From assembly GCA_015232315.1 (NCBI GenBank), contig JADFZZ010000006.1, positions 94,600 to 158,599 on the forward strand: a stretch of DNA of 64,000 nucleotides, given 5' to 3'. The stretch comes from SAR324 cluster bacterium (lineage in GTDB: Bacteria; SAR324; NAC60-12). The notes under the pieces were generated by a model. The model worked only from the letters and a program-made list of their open reading frames with translations. It made no database searches and was not told the origin of the DNA. The first letter of the stretch is position 1; the number at the start of each line of letters is the position of its first letter. Below, one piece after another: positions 49,546 to 61,000 of the stretch. The position numbers and the translations under genes are program-made.

Positions 49546-49555
49546 AAGGCCATTG

Positions 49556-50494
49556 TTATGTACTGCTGAGAATGCGATCAAAATAAGCAATGGTGTGTTT
49601 CAAGCCCTCATCCAGAGAAACTATTGGTTCCCAGCCAAGTTCTTTTTTTGCGAGGGAAATATCAGGTTTCCTTCGCGTCGGGTCATCCTGACGCCGGTCA
49701 ATTTGTTCAATCACAGATTTTGAATTGGTCAAGTTGATGACTTTTCGGGCCAATTCCATCATAGTGAATTCTCCAGGATTACCGATATTGACAGGTCCAG
49801 TAAAATTGTCCTTGTTCATCATGCGCATGATAACTTCTACCAGATCAGAAACATATGAAAAAGATCGAGTTTGTTCACCATCACCGTGAAGCACCAAAGG
49901 TTGCCCTTTCAAGGCGGCAACAATAAAATTACTGACGACCCTGCCATCTTCAAGATGCATACGTGGACCATAAGTGTTAAAAATACGGACAATTTTTGTA
50001 TCCACATGATTTTGTCGATGATAATCCATCATAAGAGTTTCTGCGACTCTCTTCCCTTCGTCATAACAACTCCTGATTCCAATGGGATTGACAGACCCCC
50101 AGTAGTTTTCAGTTTGGGGATGGATTTCTGGATCTCCATAAATTTCTGATGTGGATGCTTGAAGTATCCTGGCTTTTACCCGTTTAGCGAGTCCAAGCAT
50201 ATTGATTGCACCCATGATGCTGGTTTTAATCGTTTTGACGGGATTGTATTGGTAATGTACGGGTGACGCCGGGCATGCAAAATTAAAGATCCAGTCAACT
50301 TCCAACAGAATTGGTTCAACCACATCATGACGAATCAGTTCAAATTGGGGGTTGTCGAGCAAGTGAGCGATGTTTCGTTTTTGTCCTGTGTAAAAATTAT
50401 CCAGGCAAATCACTTCATGCCCATCGTCAATTAAGCGGTCACATAAAAATGATCCGATAAATCCCGCACCACCAGTGACTAATACGCGTTTCAT
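49556..50494 (-). CDS. UDP-glucuronate decarboxylase (UDP-xylose synthase), SDR family
   Basis: N-terminal [45 protein letters not shown], typical of UXS/ArnA-C enzymes. Catalytic YxxxK present (YDEGKR). Confidence 0.85.
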   Translation of the reverse strand: MKRVLVTGGAGFIGSFLCDRLIDDGHEVICLDNFYTGQKRNIAHLLDNPQFELIRHDVVEPILLEVDWIFNFACPASPVHYQYNPVKTIKTSIMGAINMLGLAKRVKARILQASTSEIYGDPEIHPQTENYWGSVNPIGIRSCYDEGKRVAETLMMDYHRQNHVDTKIVRIFNTYGPRMHLEDGRVVSNFIVAALKGQPLVLHGDGEQTRSFSYVSDLVEVIMRMMNKDNFTGPVNIGNPGEFTMMELARKVINLTNSKSVIEQIDRRQDDPTRRKPDISLAKKELGWEPIVSLDEGLKHTIAYFDRILSST

Positions 50495-50766
50495 AGTAAA
50501 CCTTGAAAAATAGTTGAAAGATTAATCCGTTAATTCATTTACTGAGCCAACTCGTGTTGTAATTGCTATTTGCCAAGGAGGATCTTGAATAAATACAGAT
50601 TAATGCTTGAAGTTGTTTCATTTTCAATAATGAAAAAACGGAAATATTCCGGAAGGTCAGACGACCTTGTCGATCTGTTGATGAAATGATTTTGGGAAAA
50701 GCAATGATCCATAGGCAAAAAAATCCACCATGCAGAGCTGTTTGCGATAGTTCATAGGCCTGATAA

Positions 50767-51939
50767 TCAATTCTTCCGGAGTTCATCCAGGTTAAACCAG
50801 ACGGTGTCCAGATCTTTATGAACCCGGTATACCCATGATTCTCCCCAGTAAAGATAACAACTGGTTTCTGCTTTGAGCAAATGCCACATGGCTTCTTCCA
50901 TCTGATACTGTCGATGGGGATCTTGGAGTTTATCACCAAGGACCTCTTTGAGGTAATATAAAGTCGCGCTAGTGTCATGAATTCGTCTTAACGCGTCTTT
51001 TTGTGCTTCAGATCCAGTCCATTGGACAAAACCAATTCCACTATGTTCTCCAGTATTCCATGAGCCAGAATGAACACGCACTTCTCCCCACCAACCATGC
51101 TGATTGATGTATTCATGAATAAAAATCGGTTTGGCTGGTGCCGTTCCCAGACGCACATTGTTTAGAAACTCAAGGTAAAAAGAATTCCAGAAATTGGCGG
51201 AATTGGCTGCGTTTCTGAACCATTCTCCATTTTCTCCATCAGTGCAAGTTACCACCAACGACGGGAAATCACACCATTGGGTTCGTTCCTGGAGTTCATG
51301 GGCAAACCATTCATAATTCATCCCTGATTCCTGAGCCTTAGACAAATCACGATCCCGGACAACAACGATAATTTCATCCTGTCCATAACGGGCAATATGG
51401 GGACGATATCGTAATTCTTCCCATTTCATTGGATGAAGGGGTTCAACATGTTCGCAGTCCACCAGGACATATTGGTAGCCAAAATGTTTGAGCAACGGGA
51501 TCATTTCCATACAAAAGCCCATTTCAGGGGGCCAAAATCCGGGGAAATAATTTCGGAAAAAAATATGTTTGGCCAGCCCGATCCATCTCAACAGATGCTC
51601 TTCACGGTCTTTGGAAGGAATAAGCGGAAGTACAGGGTGATAATAGGCATTTCCTAAAATTTGAATAATTTTTTCATTTTGAAGAAACCACAGAAGATCA
51701 CCACATTTGATGGTGTTATACACAAGATCTTGAAATTGCCGATTCGCTAAAGTTTCCAACAAGGTACCGGACATTGCCAGATGCACACGGGCAACATCCT
51801 CGAAGGCCCATAAGGTCCTTGGGATACGATCCAGCGCATACAAAATATCTTTTGCTTCCCATGGCTGGTTTTCCCATAAATCTTCCAAGTTTCTAGTTGG
51901 TTGATGTAAATTAAGAACTAGTCCATGATAATGTTCCAT
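50767..51939 (-). CDS. Glycoside hydrolase family 57 protein
   Basis: GH57 conserved regions: HGLVLNLHQP (region I), FWPPEMGF (region III, nucleophile Glu), TCTDGENGEW (region IV, acid/base Asp). Confidence 0.7.
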   Translation of the reverse strand: MEHYHGLVLNLHQPTRNLEDLWENQPWEAKDILYALDRIPRTLWAFEDVARVHLAMSGTLLETLANRQFQDLVYNTIKCGDLLWFLQNEKIIQILGNAYYHPVLPLIPSKDREEHLLRWIGLAKHIFFRNYFPGFWPPEMGFCMEMIPLLKHFGYQYVLVDCEHVEPLHPMKWEELRYRPHIARYGQDEIIVVVRDRDLSKAQESGMNYEWFAHELQERTQWCDFPSLVVTCTDGENGEWFRNAANSANFWNSFYLEFLNNVRLGTAPAKPIFIHEYINQHGWWGEVRVHSGSWNTGEHSGIGFVQWTGSEAQKDALRRIHDTSATLYYLKEVLGDKLQDPHRQYQMEEAMWHLLKAETSCYLYWGESWVYRVHKDLDTVWFNLDELRKN

Positions 51940-52083
51940 AAAAGACCTTCCTTTTTACCTGGCGAAATGTTAATCATCCCAATGATTTGAAAAGCATCTA
52001 ACTCTGACAATCACTATTTTTCAAACCAAAAATTTATAGTGCTGTTTATTAATTCACATAGTCTGAATGATTTGTGAGGTTTT

Positions 52084-53556
52084 ATGTATATTGTCATGAT
52101 TGCGTCTGAATGTGCTCCTGTTGCTAAAATTGGGGGTTTAGGTGATGTTGTGTATGGATTAAGCCGCGAAATGGAATTGCGAGGCAATACAGTCGAAATT
52201 ATCCTGCCAAAATATGATTGCATACAATATGAACATATTGGGGAGATGAAAATTGATCACCAGGATCTTTGGGTTCCCTGGTATGATGGGGCCATACATT
52301 GTACAGTATGGAGTGGATATGTTCATGGTCGGAAATGTTATTTTATTGAACCTCATTCTTCGGACCATTTTTTTGATCGGGGTGCTTTTTATGGCTTTGC
52401 GGATGAGGCGATGAGATTTGCGTTTTTCAGCAAAGCATCCTTGGAGTTTCTCTTGAAATCAAATAAACGTCCTGACATCATTCATTGTCATGATTGGCAG
52501 ACAGGATTGGTACCTGTCATGCTATTTGAAATCTATAAATATCATGGTTTGTCTAATCAAAGAGTTTGTTACACAATTCATAATTTCAAGCACCAGGGAA
52601 TAGTCGGTTCTGAAATTTTACGGGCGACAGGTTTGAACCATGAAGCCTATTATTATGATTATGAGCGCCTCAGAGATAATTTTAATGCCAATGCAATCAA
52701 TTTTATGAAGGGGGGAATTGTCTATTCCAATTTTATTACCACCGTATCTCCTCAGCATGCATGGGAATCTCAGTATACGGATCAGGGACACGGAATGGGC
52801 CACACTATTCATGTGCATCGTCACAAATTTGGCGGGATTCTAAACGGATTGGATTATGAAGTCTGGAATCCTGAAAGTGATCCGCATATTCCATTTCATT
52901 ACTCAATGAACGATGTGGAACTAAAATATAAAAACAAGGAGGCATTGCGCCGAAGAATGATGCTGAAAGATGGTTACAAGCCGATTGTGGCGTATGTCGG
53001 TCGTCTGGATACTCAGAAGGGGGTTCATCTTATCAGGCATGGTGCCTTTTATTCCTTATGGAAAGGGGTTCAGTTTGTATTGCTGGGCGTGAGTCCTGAG
53101 TTGGGCATCAATGATCACTTCTGGCATCTCAAAACATATTTGAACGACAATCCCGACTGTCATTTTGAAATAGGGTTTGATGAGCAGTTGGCTCATTTGA
53201 TATATGCGGGAGCTGATATGATCATTGTGCCCAGCATTTATGAACCCTGTGGCCTGACACAGATGATCGCACTGCGTTATGGCACGGTTCCTATTGTGCG
53301 AGCCGTTGGTGGATTGGTGGATACTGTGTTTGACAGGGATTATTCCTATAAGCAACCTGCGGAACGTAACGGCTATTTGTTTGAACATCCTGATTTTGAA
53401 GGGTTGGAATCAGCCCTGAACCGGGCTATTGGATTGTGGTATTCCTGCCCGGAAGACTTCAGATATCTGATGCAGAATGGGATGCGTTATGATTATTCAT
53501 GGAATCATTCAGGTCAGCATTACCAGAATATTTATAATTATATATGTCACAAATAA
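52084..53556 (+). CDS. glgA: Glycogen (starch) synthase, GT5
   Basis: N-terminal ADP-glucose-binding motif SECAPVAKIGGLGDVVYGL (KxGGL) and the GT-B C-terminal domain. 490 aa. Confidence 0.9.
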   Translation: MYIVMIASECAPVAKIGGLGDVVYGLSREMELRGNTVEIILPKYDCIQYEHIGEMKIDHQDLWVPWYDGAIHCTVWSGYVHGRKCYFIEPHSSDHFFDRGAFYGFADEAMRFAFFSKASLEFLLKSNKRPDIIHCHDWQTGLVPVMLFEIYKYHGLSNQRVCYTIHNFKHQGIVGSEILRATGLNHEAYYYDYERLRDNFNANAINFMKGGIVYSNFITTVSPQHAWESQYTDQGHGMGHTIHVHRHKFGGILNGLDYEVWNPESDPHIPFHYSMNDVELKYKNKEALRRRMMLKDGYKPIVAYVGRLDTQKGVHLIRHGAFYSLWKGVQFVLLGVSPELGINDHFWHLKTYLNDNPDCHFEIGFDEQLAHLIYAGADMIIVPSIYEPCGLTQMIALRYGTVPIVRAVGGLVDTVFDRDYSYKQPAERNGYLFEHPDFEGLESALNRAIGLWYSCPEDFRYLMQNGMRYDYSWNHSGQHYQNIYNYICHK

Positions 53557-53573
53557 TCGTAGAGGAGGAAACC

Positions 53574-55037
53574 ATGGCAGCTATTGAAGAATATGTAAAT
53601 AACCTTCCTAATATATCAGGACAGGAATCATTGGTGGAAGCATCAATCCAGCAAAGTAGAGGCAAAAAGCTGTTTGTGGACAAGGCCGGGATGAATTTTG
53701 AGCATTTAAAAAGTGTATTTGCGGTAGCGCTTCATATGCAACAGCCTTTAATTCCTGCTGGAGGGAACGATCTCAAGACCGCTGAAATTATCAGTAACCT
53801 TAAATATATGATGGACAATCAGCATCTTGGCGATAATCATAATGCCCCTGTTTTTCAATGGTGCTACAAACGAATGGGCGAAATAATTCCACAACTGATT
53901 TCAGAAGGAAAAAAACCAAGAGTCATGCTTGAATATACAGGCGTCCTCTTTCATGGACTGAGGAATATGGGTGCGCATGATGTGATTGATGCCTTGAAAA
54001 CAATTACATGTCGGCCTGAATATCAGGACTGTGTGGAATGGTTGGGATGCCCATGGGGACATGCCGTGGCTCCTTCGACTCCTGTCCAGGATTTTCGTCT
54101 GCATGTAAAAGCCTGGCAGCATCATTTTGCCGCCATTTTTGGTTTTGAAGCATTGGAACGGGTAAGAGGGTTTTCTCCTTCGGAAATGGCTCTGCCCAAT
54201 CATCCTGATGTGGCCTATGAATTTGTGAAAACGCTCAAGGATTGTGGGTATCAATGGGTTCTGGTTCAGGAGCATACTGTAGAAATGGCAGAAAATGGAG
54301 GGGGTATTCAACAGAAACATCTTCCACATCAACTTGTTTGTAAAAATTCAAAAGGTGATTCTGCCAGTATCATCGCCATCATCAAAACACAGGGGAGTGA
54401 CACCAAACTGGTTGCGCAAATGCAACCTTATTATGAGGCAAAAAGCCTGAATCAATGGCAGTTGTGCGGCAAATCAATTCCTCCACTGGTTACTCAGATT
54501 GCGGATGGTGAAAATGGGGGGGTGATGATGAATGAGTTTCCATCAAAGTATATTGAGGTGATCCGGGAATGTTCCCATTCACAGGTTCCGGCAATGAACG
54601 TGAGTGAATATCTGGAATATTTATTCGGGATGGGGATTAAAGAACAGGACTTACCCAAAATCCAACCGGTGATGCAACATCATATCTGGGCACGTTTTAC
54701 CCCTGGTAATGGTGCCGACCGCCTAAGAGAGGTGATTGAAGCATTGAAAAAAGAGGACCAGCGGTTTCATATGGATGGTGGAAGCTGGACCAATAATATT
54801 TCATGGGTACATGGATATGACAATGTGTTGGGGCCTATGGAGCAGGTGAGTTCTCTCTTTTTTGAAAAAGTATTGAAAACTTCAGTTTCCACCAATTCTC
54901 ATGCCTATCGAAATGCCCTGTTTCATTTGTTGTCCTCGCAAACCAGTTGTTATCGATATTGGGGACAGGGACTATGGACAGACTATGGACAGGAAATTTG
55001 CAGAAGGGCTATTGAGATCCTGAATCATGATTTCTGA
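53574..55037 (+). CDS. GH57-family-like protein (second copy, divergent)
   Basis: GH57-like regions FSPSEMAL and VTQIADGENGGVMMNEF. Start set at ATG 53574, which has a strong AGGAGG RBS 7 nt upstream. The ORF track's start at 53544 lacks an RBS. Confidence 0.5.
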   Translation: MAAIEEYVNNLPNISGQESLVEASIQQSRGKKLFVDKAGMNFEHLKSVFAVALHMQQPLIPAGGNDLKTAEIISNLKYMMDNQHLGDNHNAPVFQWCYKRMGEIIPQLISEGKKPRVMLEYTGVLFHGLRNMGAHDVIDALKTITCRPEYQDCVEWLGCPWGHAVAPSTPVQDFRLHVKAWQHHFAAIFGFEALERVRGFSPSEMALPNHPDVAYEFVKTLKDCGYQWVLVQEHTVEMAENGGGIQQKHLPHQLVCKNSKGDSASIIAIIKTQGSDTKLVAQMQPYYEAKSLNQWQLCGKSIPPLVTQIADGENGGVMMNEFPSKYIEVIRECSHSQVPAMNVSEYLEYLFGMGIKEQDLPKIQPVMQHHIWARFTPGNGADRLREVIEALKKEDQRFHMDGGSWTNNISWVHGYDNVLGPMEQVSSLFFEKVLKTSVSTNSHAYRNALFHLLSSQTSCYRYWGQGLWTDYGQEICRRAIEILNHDF

Positions 55038-55927
55038 AAGGCTGTGACAGGAAGTTTTTTTTCAAAAATAACGCAATTCCCTTTTTCGTTCCATCGCAGA
55101 GAGTCTGTCATGGAACGGACTAAATAAAGCCCTTTTCCAGAACTGGCCAGTAGAATTGTCGGATCTGTGAGGTCTGGTAATTTTGAGGTGTTAAATCCGT
55201 TGCCTTCATCTTCAATCTCAAATACAAATCGATCGCTCATTAAAAGATATCGAATCAAGACCTTTTTGTTTGCGTACTCTGGTAGCAGTTCCCGTTCTTT
55301 TTTTAAGCGGTTATATTCATCCCAGTTGTCTTCTTTGACTTGAGATGACAATCCGAAATTTCCATGCATGATCGCATTCGTAATGCATTCCGTCAGACAT
55401 AACACCAAATTGAAATCATGCATCTTGTAGCATTTGATCAAGGGCTCAATCCTGGCTTCAAAGTATGCAATAATGCGATAAGCCAGATTCATTTGACTGG
55501 GAATTTCCATTTGAGTCTGATCCTGGATCAAATAATTAATGGCATTATGAACCAGTTTTTTTCCATTGATTTTATCGGAAACTTTTTCAAGGGAATCAGC
55601 GAGAGCTTTGATTTTGAAAGGTTTGAGAATAAAATCTTCAGCACCCAGTTTAAGGGCTTCTATGGAAAGGTTGATGTCCCCGTGACCTGTGATGAACATG
55701 ACTGATAAATCAGCATAGTCCTGTCGGAGTTTTTTGATAAACTCAATACCACTCATGACAGGCATTTTAATATCTGTAAGTACCAGCTCTACTGTATCCG
55801 TTTGAAGATACTTAAGTCCTTCCATAGCATTTCCTGCCTGAATTACATGATGATGATAACGATCAGTCAATGCTGTTGCCAGCATTTGACGAAAGCTGTC
55901 TTCATCATCAACAAGCAGAATCTTCAT
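55025..55927 (-). CDS. Response-regulator receiver domain fused to an RsbW/SpoIIAB-like HATPase (anti-sigma-factor-type serine kinase)
   Basis: REC motifs (MKILLVDDE..., DIKMPVMSGIEF) followed by a GHKL-type segment (ECITNAIMHGNFG, DEGNGF). 300 aa. Confidence 0.65.
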   Translation of the reverse strand: MKILLVDDEDSFRQMLATALTDRYHHHVIQAGNAMEGLKYLQTDTVELVLTDIKMPVMSGIEFIKKLRQDYADLSVMFITGHGDINLSIEALKLGAEDFILKPFKIKALADSLEKVSDKINGKKLVHNAINYLIQDQTQMEIPSQMNLAYRIIAYFEARIEPLIKCYKMHDFNLVLCLTECITNAIMHGNFGLSSQVKEDNWDEYNRLKKERELLPEYANKKVLIRYLLMSDRFVFEIEDEGNGFNTSKLPDLTDPTILLASSGKGLYLVRSMTDSLRWNEKGNCVIFEKKLPVTAFQKS

Positions 55928-56307
55928 TCTTCACCTCTTGTGAAGATCAGTCCGTTATCCAGTGTGTCGAAGATACTCAAGATTTTATCAAGGCCCAGCA
56001 TATTGAGAATCCGGGATGTTTTATTATTAAGCTGGCAAAGTGCATATTTTTTGTTGGAATCCTTGGTTTTTTTAAACGCAAAAACAAGAACAGCGATTCC
56101 ATTAGAATCAATGTTTGTCATTTCCTCACAATCCAGCAATATGCTTTTGATTGTAGAATCCTGAAGAATTTTGATTAAATATCCTTTAAATTCATCACCT
56201 TTTTCCAGAGCCAGATGCCCTTTGATTTTGACTACACAACAGTCATTATTCATATAATGTGAAACTTCAAATTCCATAAAACCTCCTGAGTATGAATAAG
56301 AATACAT
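55924..56307 (-). CDS. STAS-domain anti-sigma-factor antagonist (SpoIIAA/RsbV-like)
   Basis: 127 aa STAS-like (VVKIKGHLALEKGDEFKGYL...LLDCEEMTNIDSNGIAVLV). Stop overlaps the start of the downstream REC-RsbW gene (ATGA on the minus strand). Confidence 0.65.
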   Translation of the reverse strand: MYSYSYSGGFMEFEVSHYMNNDCCVVKIKGHLALEKGDEFKGYLIKILQDSTIKSILLDCEEMTNIDSNGIAVLVFAFKKTKDSNKKYALCQLNNKTSRILNMLGLDKILSIFDTLDNGLIFTRGEE

Positions 56308-56667
56308 CTAGACTACAGAAAAATGAAAGCATCAGTCAAAATAATTCTCTCATGATCAATAAACTTTAGTTGATGGCTGAGAAAAAACATTGTTTTTCCG
56401 TTGGAAATGACAACTCTCCGCAGGTTTATAATTAACTTGTGAACCTAAAATATGTTGAGTAAGTTCTGGTTTCAAGGGGTTTAATAAAATAACGTATTAA
56501 CATATTGTAATTGTTTATTATTAAAAATGTTAAATGTTTTTTTTGAGGAGTCTCTGGTGAAGGAGTATCACAAAATAAATGAATAAAAAATTGTAAGTGA
56601 TATGCAATAAAGAGGGGGGCCTGATGCTAGAGGCACTCAATCCTATAATTTTCTAAAAAGGAACGCA

Positions 56668-58011
56668 ATGAAAGGGCGATGGTTGTTAGCGGGGGTTATT
56701 TTATTGAGTCAGGTTTTTGTCTTAGCGGCTCAGGAAAAACTGGATGATGGTTTATATGCTAAAATGGAAACAGGCAAAGGCCTGATTTTGATAAGATTGT
56801 TCTATGAAAAAGCACCCATGACCGTTGCTAACTTTATCGGCTTGGCTGAAGGTAAAAAAGCATGGATTGATCCCATCAATGGCGAATCCAAAAATACAAA
56901 ATTTTATGATGGTCTTACATTTCATCGTGTCGTGAAGGATTTTGTGATTCAGGGGGGGGATCCTTTAGGCAATGGAAGTGGTGGTCCAGGGTATCAGTTT
57001 GGGGATGAGTTCAATGAGGATCTCAAACACGACAAGCCGGGAATTCTATCAATGGCTAATGCCGGACCTGGTACAAATGGAAGTCAGTTTTTCATCACAC
57101 ACAAGGCGACGCCATGGCTGGACAACCGACATTCTGTTTTTGGTGAGGTTGTACAGGGAATGGATGTGGTGCTGAAGATTGAACAAGGTGATTTGATTAA
57201 ATCGGTGACGATTCTCAGGGAAGGAAGCAAGGCCAAGGCCTTTGATATAGCGGAAATTGATAAAAAGGCACAAAAAGACGCAGAAAAACAGGCGGAAGCC
57301 AACAAAAAAACACTTCCCTCTTTTTCCGGTGTGATTGACCCGCAAAGAGTTCCATCCGCAGAACAGACCGAGGTGGATGAAGTGGCGCTGGACATGCTTG
57401 TGATTACCTATAAAGGTGCTAAAACACCTAAGCCACATATATATTATGATAAAGCCGGGGCCTTGGACGTCTCAAAAAAATTAGTTCAACTGGCTCGGCA
57501 AAAAAATGGAGATTTCCGTGATCTTATCCAGAAATTTTCGGACTTACCCCAACAAACTACGGTTCCTGTATTGAAAAAGTCCGACCCTCAATTGCCCGCG
57601 TTTCTGCATACTGCGTTTCGATTGAAAGAAGGACAGGTGAGTGATCCCATTGATAGTCCAATGGGGTATTTGCTTTTTAAAAGAATTCCGTTGGAATATG
57701 CAAATGCCAGTCATATCCTGATTTCTTATCAAGGTGCTGTGGGTTCAAAACAGAAACGTACCAAGGATGAAGCTATGGAGCGGGCTCGCCAGGTTCTAAA
57801 AGATGCGTTGGCAAAAAAAGATTTTGCGGAACTTGCCAAAACTTATTCTGATGGCCCAACAGCGCCGAATGGTGGTCAATTGGGAAAATTCGCAAGAGGT
57901 ATGATGGTTCCTTCCTTTGAGGATGAAGTGTTTCGAACAAAATCAGGTGATGTCAGCGCCAATATTGTAGAAACTCCTTTTGGTTACCACATTATAAAAA
58001 GAGAGGAATGA
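56668..58011 (+). CDS. Secreted dual PPIase: cyclophilin domain, degenerate parvulin-like domain, C-terminal parvulin domain
   Basis: Signal peptide (WLLAGVILLSQVFVLAAQ). Cyclophilin core FHRVVKDFVIQGGDPLGNGSGGPGYQFGDEF...SMANAGPGTNGSQFFIT. C-terminal parvulin SHILISYQGA...GGQLGKFARGMMVPSFEDEVF...PFGYHIIKRE. Confidence 0.8.
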   Translation: MKGRWLLAGVILLSQVFVLAAQEKLDDGLYAKMETGKGLILIRLFYEKAPMTVANFIGLAEGKKAWIDPINGESKNTKFYDGLTFHRVVKDFVIQGGDPLGNGSGGPGYQFGDEFNEDLKHDKPGILSMANAGPGTNGSQFFITHKATPWLDNRHSVFGEVVQGMDVVLKIEQGDLIKSVTILREGSKAKAFDIAEIDKKAQKDAEKQAEANKKTLPSFSGVIDPQRVPSAEQTEVDEVALDMLVITYKGAKTPKPHIYYDKAGALDVSKKLVQLARQKNGDFRDLIQKFSDLPQQTTVPVLKKSDPQLPAFLHTAFRLKEGQVSDPIDSPMGYLLFKRIPLEYANASHILISYQGAVGSKQKRTKDEAMERARQVLKDALAKKDFAELAKTYSDGPTAPNGGQLGKFARGMMVPSFEDEVFRTKSGDVSANIVETPFGYHIIKREE

Positions 58012-61000
58012 AGTCTCTCTATCGGCGTATTGCTATTCTATTAGTACTTTTGTGCTGGGGGACTTCAGGATTAGGCAGTCCCGCGGAAAAAGGATTGTAT
58101 GCCGAAATCAATACACCGCAAGGAACGATCTGGATTGAATTATTTTTTGAAACAGCCCCTGTTTGGGTTGCCAATTTTGTCGGGCTGATCAATGAGACTC
58201 CTTCATGGAAGCTTCATTTTCCAAAGTCTGCGGGAAAATACTCAGAATCTATCCAGTTTGATCGGGTAATTCCCGGCTTGTTTGCTCAGGCGGGAAGTTC
58301 CTGGAATCTTGGCTATGTGATCTCTCCTGGAACTCAGGAACCTTTGTATCAGGAAAGTGCTGGCATGTTGTCCATGATCAACCGTGGCTCTTATGTGGAT
58401 CCCGGGCAATTCATAATCACTCATCAAGTCATTCCCAGATACGATGGAATCCATCCATTTTTTGGAAAAGTCATCGAGGGCCTGGATATCATTATAAAAA
58501 TGAGGCAGGGAATGCCTGTCACAGGGATAAGGATTGTGCCTGTGGGCGACAGGGCGGGTTCTTTTGATCCAGAACAATATGGACAACATATTTTTTATCA
58601 AACGGCTCTCATTCAATCCGGGATAGATTCGGCTTATTTTGAAAAGCCGGTTGATCCAGCTAAGATTCCTTCTCCCAATCAGCAAGTGGTTGATAATGTT
58701 TCGCTGGAATTGCTGGTCGTTGGATATCAGTCTGATGCGAATTCCCCTCCGTTGAATCTTTCACGGGACCAGGCACAACACCTGGCAACTCAATTGACTG
58801 ATGCCGGCCGACGAAAAGAAGTAGATTTTCAGGAATTGATTCTCAGGCATTCAACCTTACCTCAGCATAATATAATTCCTTCTCTTCAGTATTCAGATTC
58901 TCTTCCTAGTTTTTTGTATGATGCGTTTTCATTGAGACTTGGTCAGGTGAGTGCCCCGGTTGATTCTCCACTTGGATTTGTAATTTATAAAAGGGTATCT
59001 CCAGTAAATTTTGAGATAAATCAAATTTTGATCACTCATCGTCAAAGTGACCCGGTGCAATCCAGGAGTCGCATGGAAGCCTTGGAATTGGCTGGTCAGA
59101 TATTGGAAGAAATCCAATCGACACAATATTACAAAATAAACAACGATGTTTTTTCTATTCTCCAGTCGGTAGAAATTCCCAGAGAATATTTAGCCCGCTT
59201 AAAAAGTCTGAATGGACGGAATTTTCGTAAAAAACATAAATTTTTATGTGCGGTTCGCCAGGCAATGTATCCAATATCTACAAAAGAATATTCAATTATT
59301 AAAAGTTTTTTAACGTCATTTCCTCAAGTAAAGGTGAGCGCAGAAAAATTGAAAGAATTGTCGGAAATGGATATCTCATCCCAGACCCTTGAGGCATTGA
59401 TCATTAACAATGATCGTGTCTATTTAGATCAGAACCAGTTTTTTTGTGGACTTGCCGAAACGTTGGAGACACTGGAAAATGAACATTTCAGTATGCAGAT
59501 TCTGGGTTATTCAGATTTTGGTGTTAAGTTCAAAATCACCCCAAGCACTCTTGAAAAAATTAAAAATAATAGTGGTTTTTATCAGCTCTTGGTGAATCTT
59601 GAAACAATGAGAGGTCAACAGTTTTTATCAGAAAACACACTGTTAGATGCAATTGAAAAACAGGTTGGAAATGAGATTAAAAACCGCTTTTCGATTATCG
59701 TATTACAACATGTGGAGCGAAAATTTGAGTTAACGGAAGATTCCATTGAACAGATTCAGGAATCTCATGATTTTGCAGGATTTCTTCAAAAATTGCGTTT
59801 TTTAGATAAAAAGGATTTTCAGAATAAGTATGATTTTGATGCTTCTTTAAGAACTGCTTTAGGACAGAACTCTGCGGATCGTTATAAGAAACTGATCTAC
59901 AAACATGTTAAAAAAGTCTTTTCAATGTCGAGTACAATCATGTCCGCATTGGATGAATCTCTGTTCCCTGGTGATGTGGCTGTGGCGTTGAGTGCTCTTC
60001 AAGCACACAAATATTCCACAAAAAATGAATTATGGGCGACTATTCAAAAGATACTTGGAACTAATCCTTTATGGATGTATCAAAGTTTTTTTGAAACTTA
60101 TATTGAGCATAAAATCTTTTTAAGAAGTACAGATCTTTCCAGAATGCAAAAAGGGCTTTCCTCAAAGCAGATAACAGAAAAATTATCTGGGGTTCTGAAT
60201 CAGTTTTATAAAGGGCGCTATGCCTTTATAGGCGCGATAGAGAGAAGAATTGGAAAAGATGCGACAAATCGCTATAAAACGTTGCTGCTTAAAAAGGCCC
60301 AAACTAAAAATGGGTATAAGTTGACATCCACGATGCTTCAGGAAATTCTGAATAATCAGGATTTCGATACTATCATTGGGAAACTTCAACCAATTATGGA
60401 TATGGAGTTCGATGGAGATATTGCCTTTGAACAAACTATTTCTCAGTATCTTGATGCGGAATCGCTGCAAAACTACAGACCTTTGTTGAAGGAATATACT
60501 GAATCCTACTTCAAACTTTCAGATGGTTTGTTCAGTGATATTAAAAAAATACCTGATAAAGAACAGTTTTTCAAAAAACTGGCGGCAATCATCAATCAGG
60601 AGTACACCTCTAAAACTGCGTTAGTTTCAACGGTTCAGGCATCATTAGGACCATACTTGTTTTTGTGGTATAAAAATGTTTTTGATGAATCTGTTCAAAC
60701 CATTTACAGAATAAATTCTGATGTGATTGAACAAATTGCGAAGGATGGTGATTTTGACAGGATTCTTCAGGGGGTGAAAAAAGTGGAAGGTATTCCTTTT
60801 GCGACTTTGGCTTTATTTAAGGATGCTCTGGTAAATATGATAGGGGTTGAAGCGACTGAACGATATATAGACCTCTTGGCTCAACAAGCATCAATACCCG
60901 TTCCATTGATTCTTTCTTCCACATCAATGCGTAGCATCCAGAAAGAAGGGGATACCGATGTTTTGTTAAACAAATTGAAGTTGTTGATGGATCAAACATT

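Noticed and set aside
50535-50978. 147-aa minus-strand ORF overlapping the 3' end of the GH57 gene and the intergenic region
   Set aside because: It overlaps the well-supported GH57 ORF in another frame. No motif, and its sequence is low complexity. The region 50495-50766 is more likely the UXS promoter/UTR.
56461-56530. AT-rich tract with short inverted repeat (TTAATA n8 TATTAA) upstream of the cyclophilin-parvulin operon
   Set aside because: Arms of only 6 bp in a ~90% AT region are expected by chance. It may simply be promoter/UP-element DNA and is not reported as an operator.
57049-57438. Two overlapping minus-strand ORFs (129 aa and 103 aa) within the cyclophilin-parvulin gene
   Set aside because: Antisense to a CDS with unmistakable cyclophilin and parvulin motifs. 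No features of their own.
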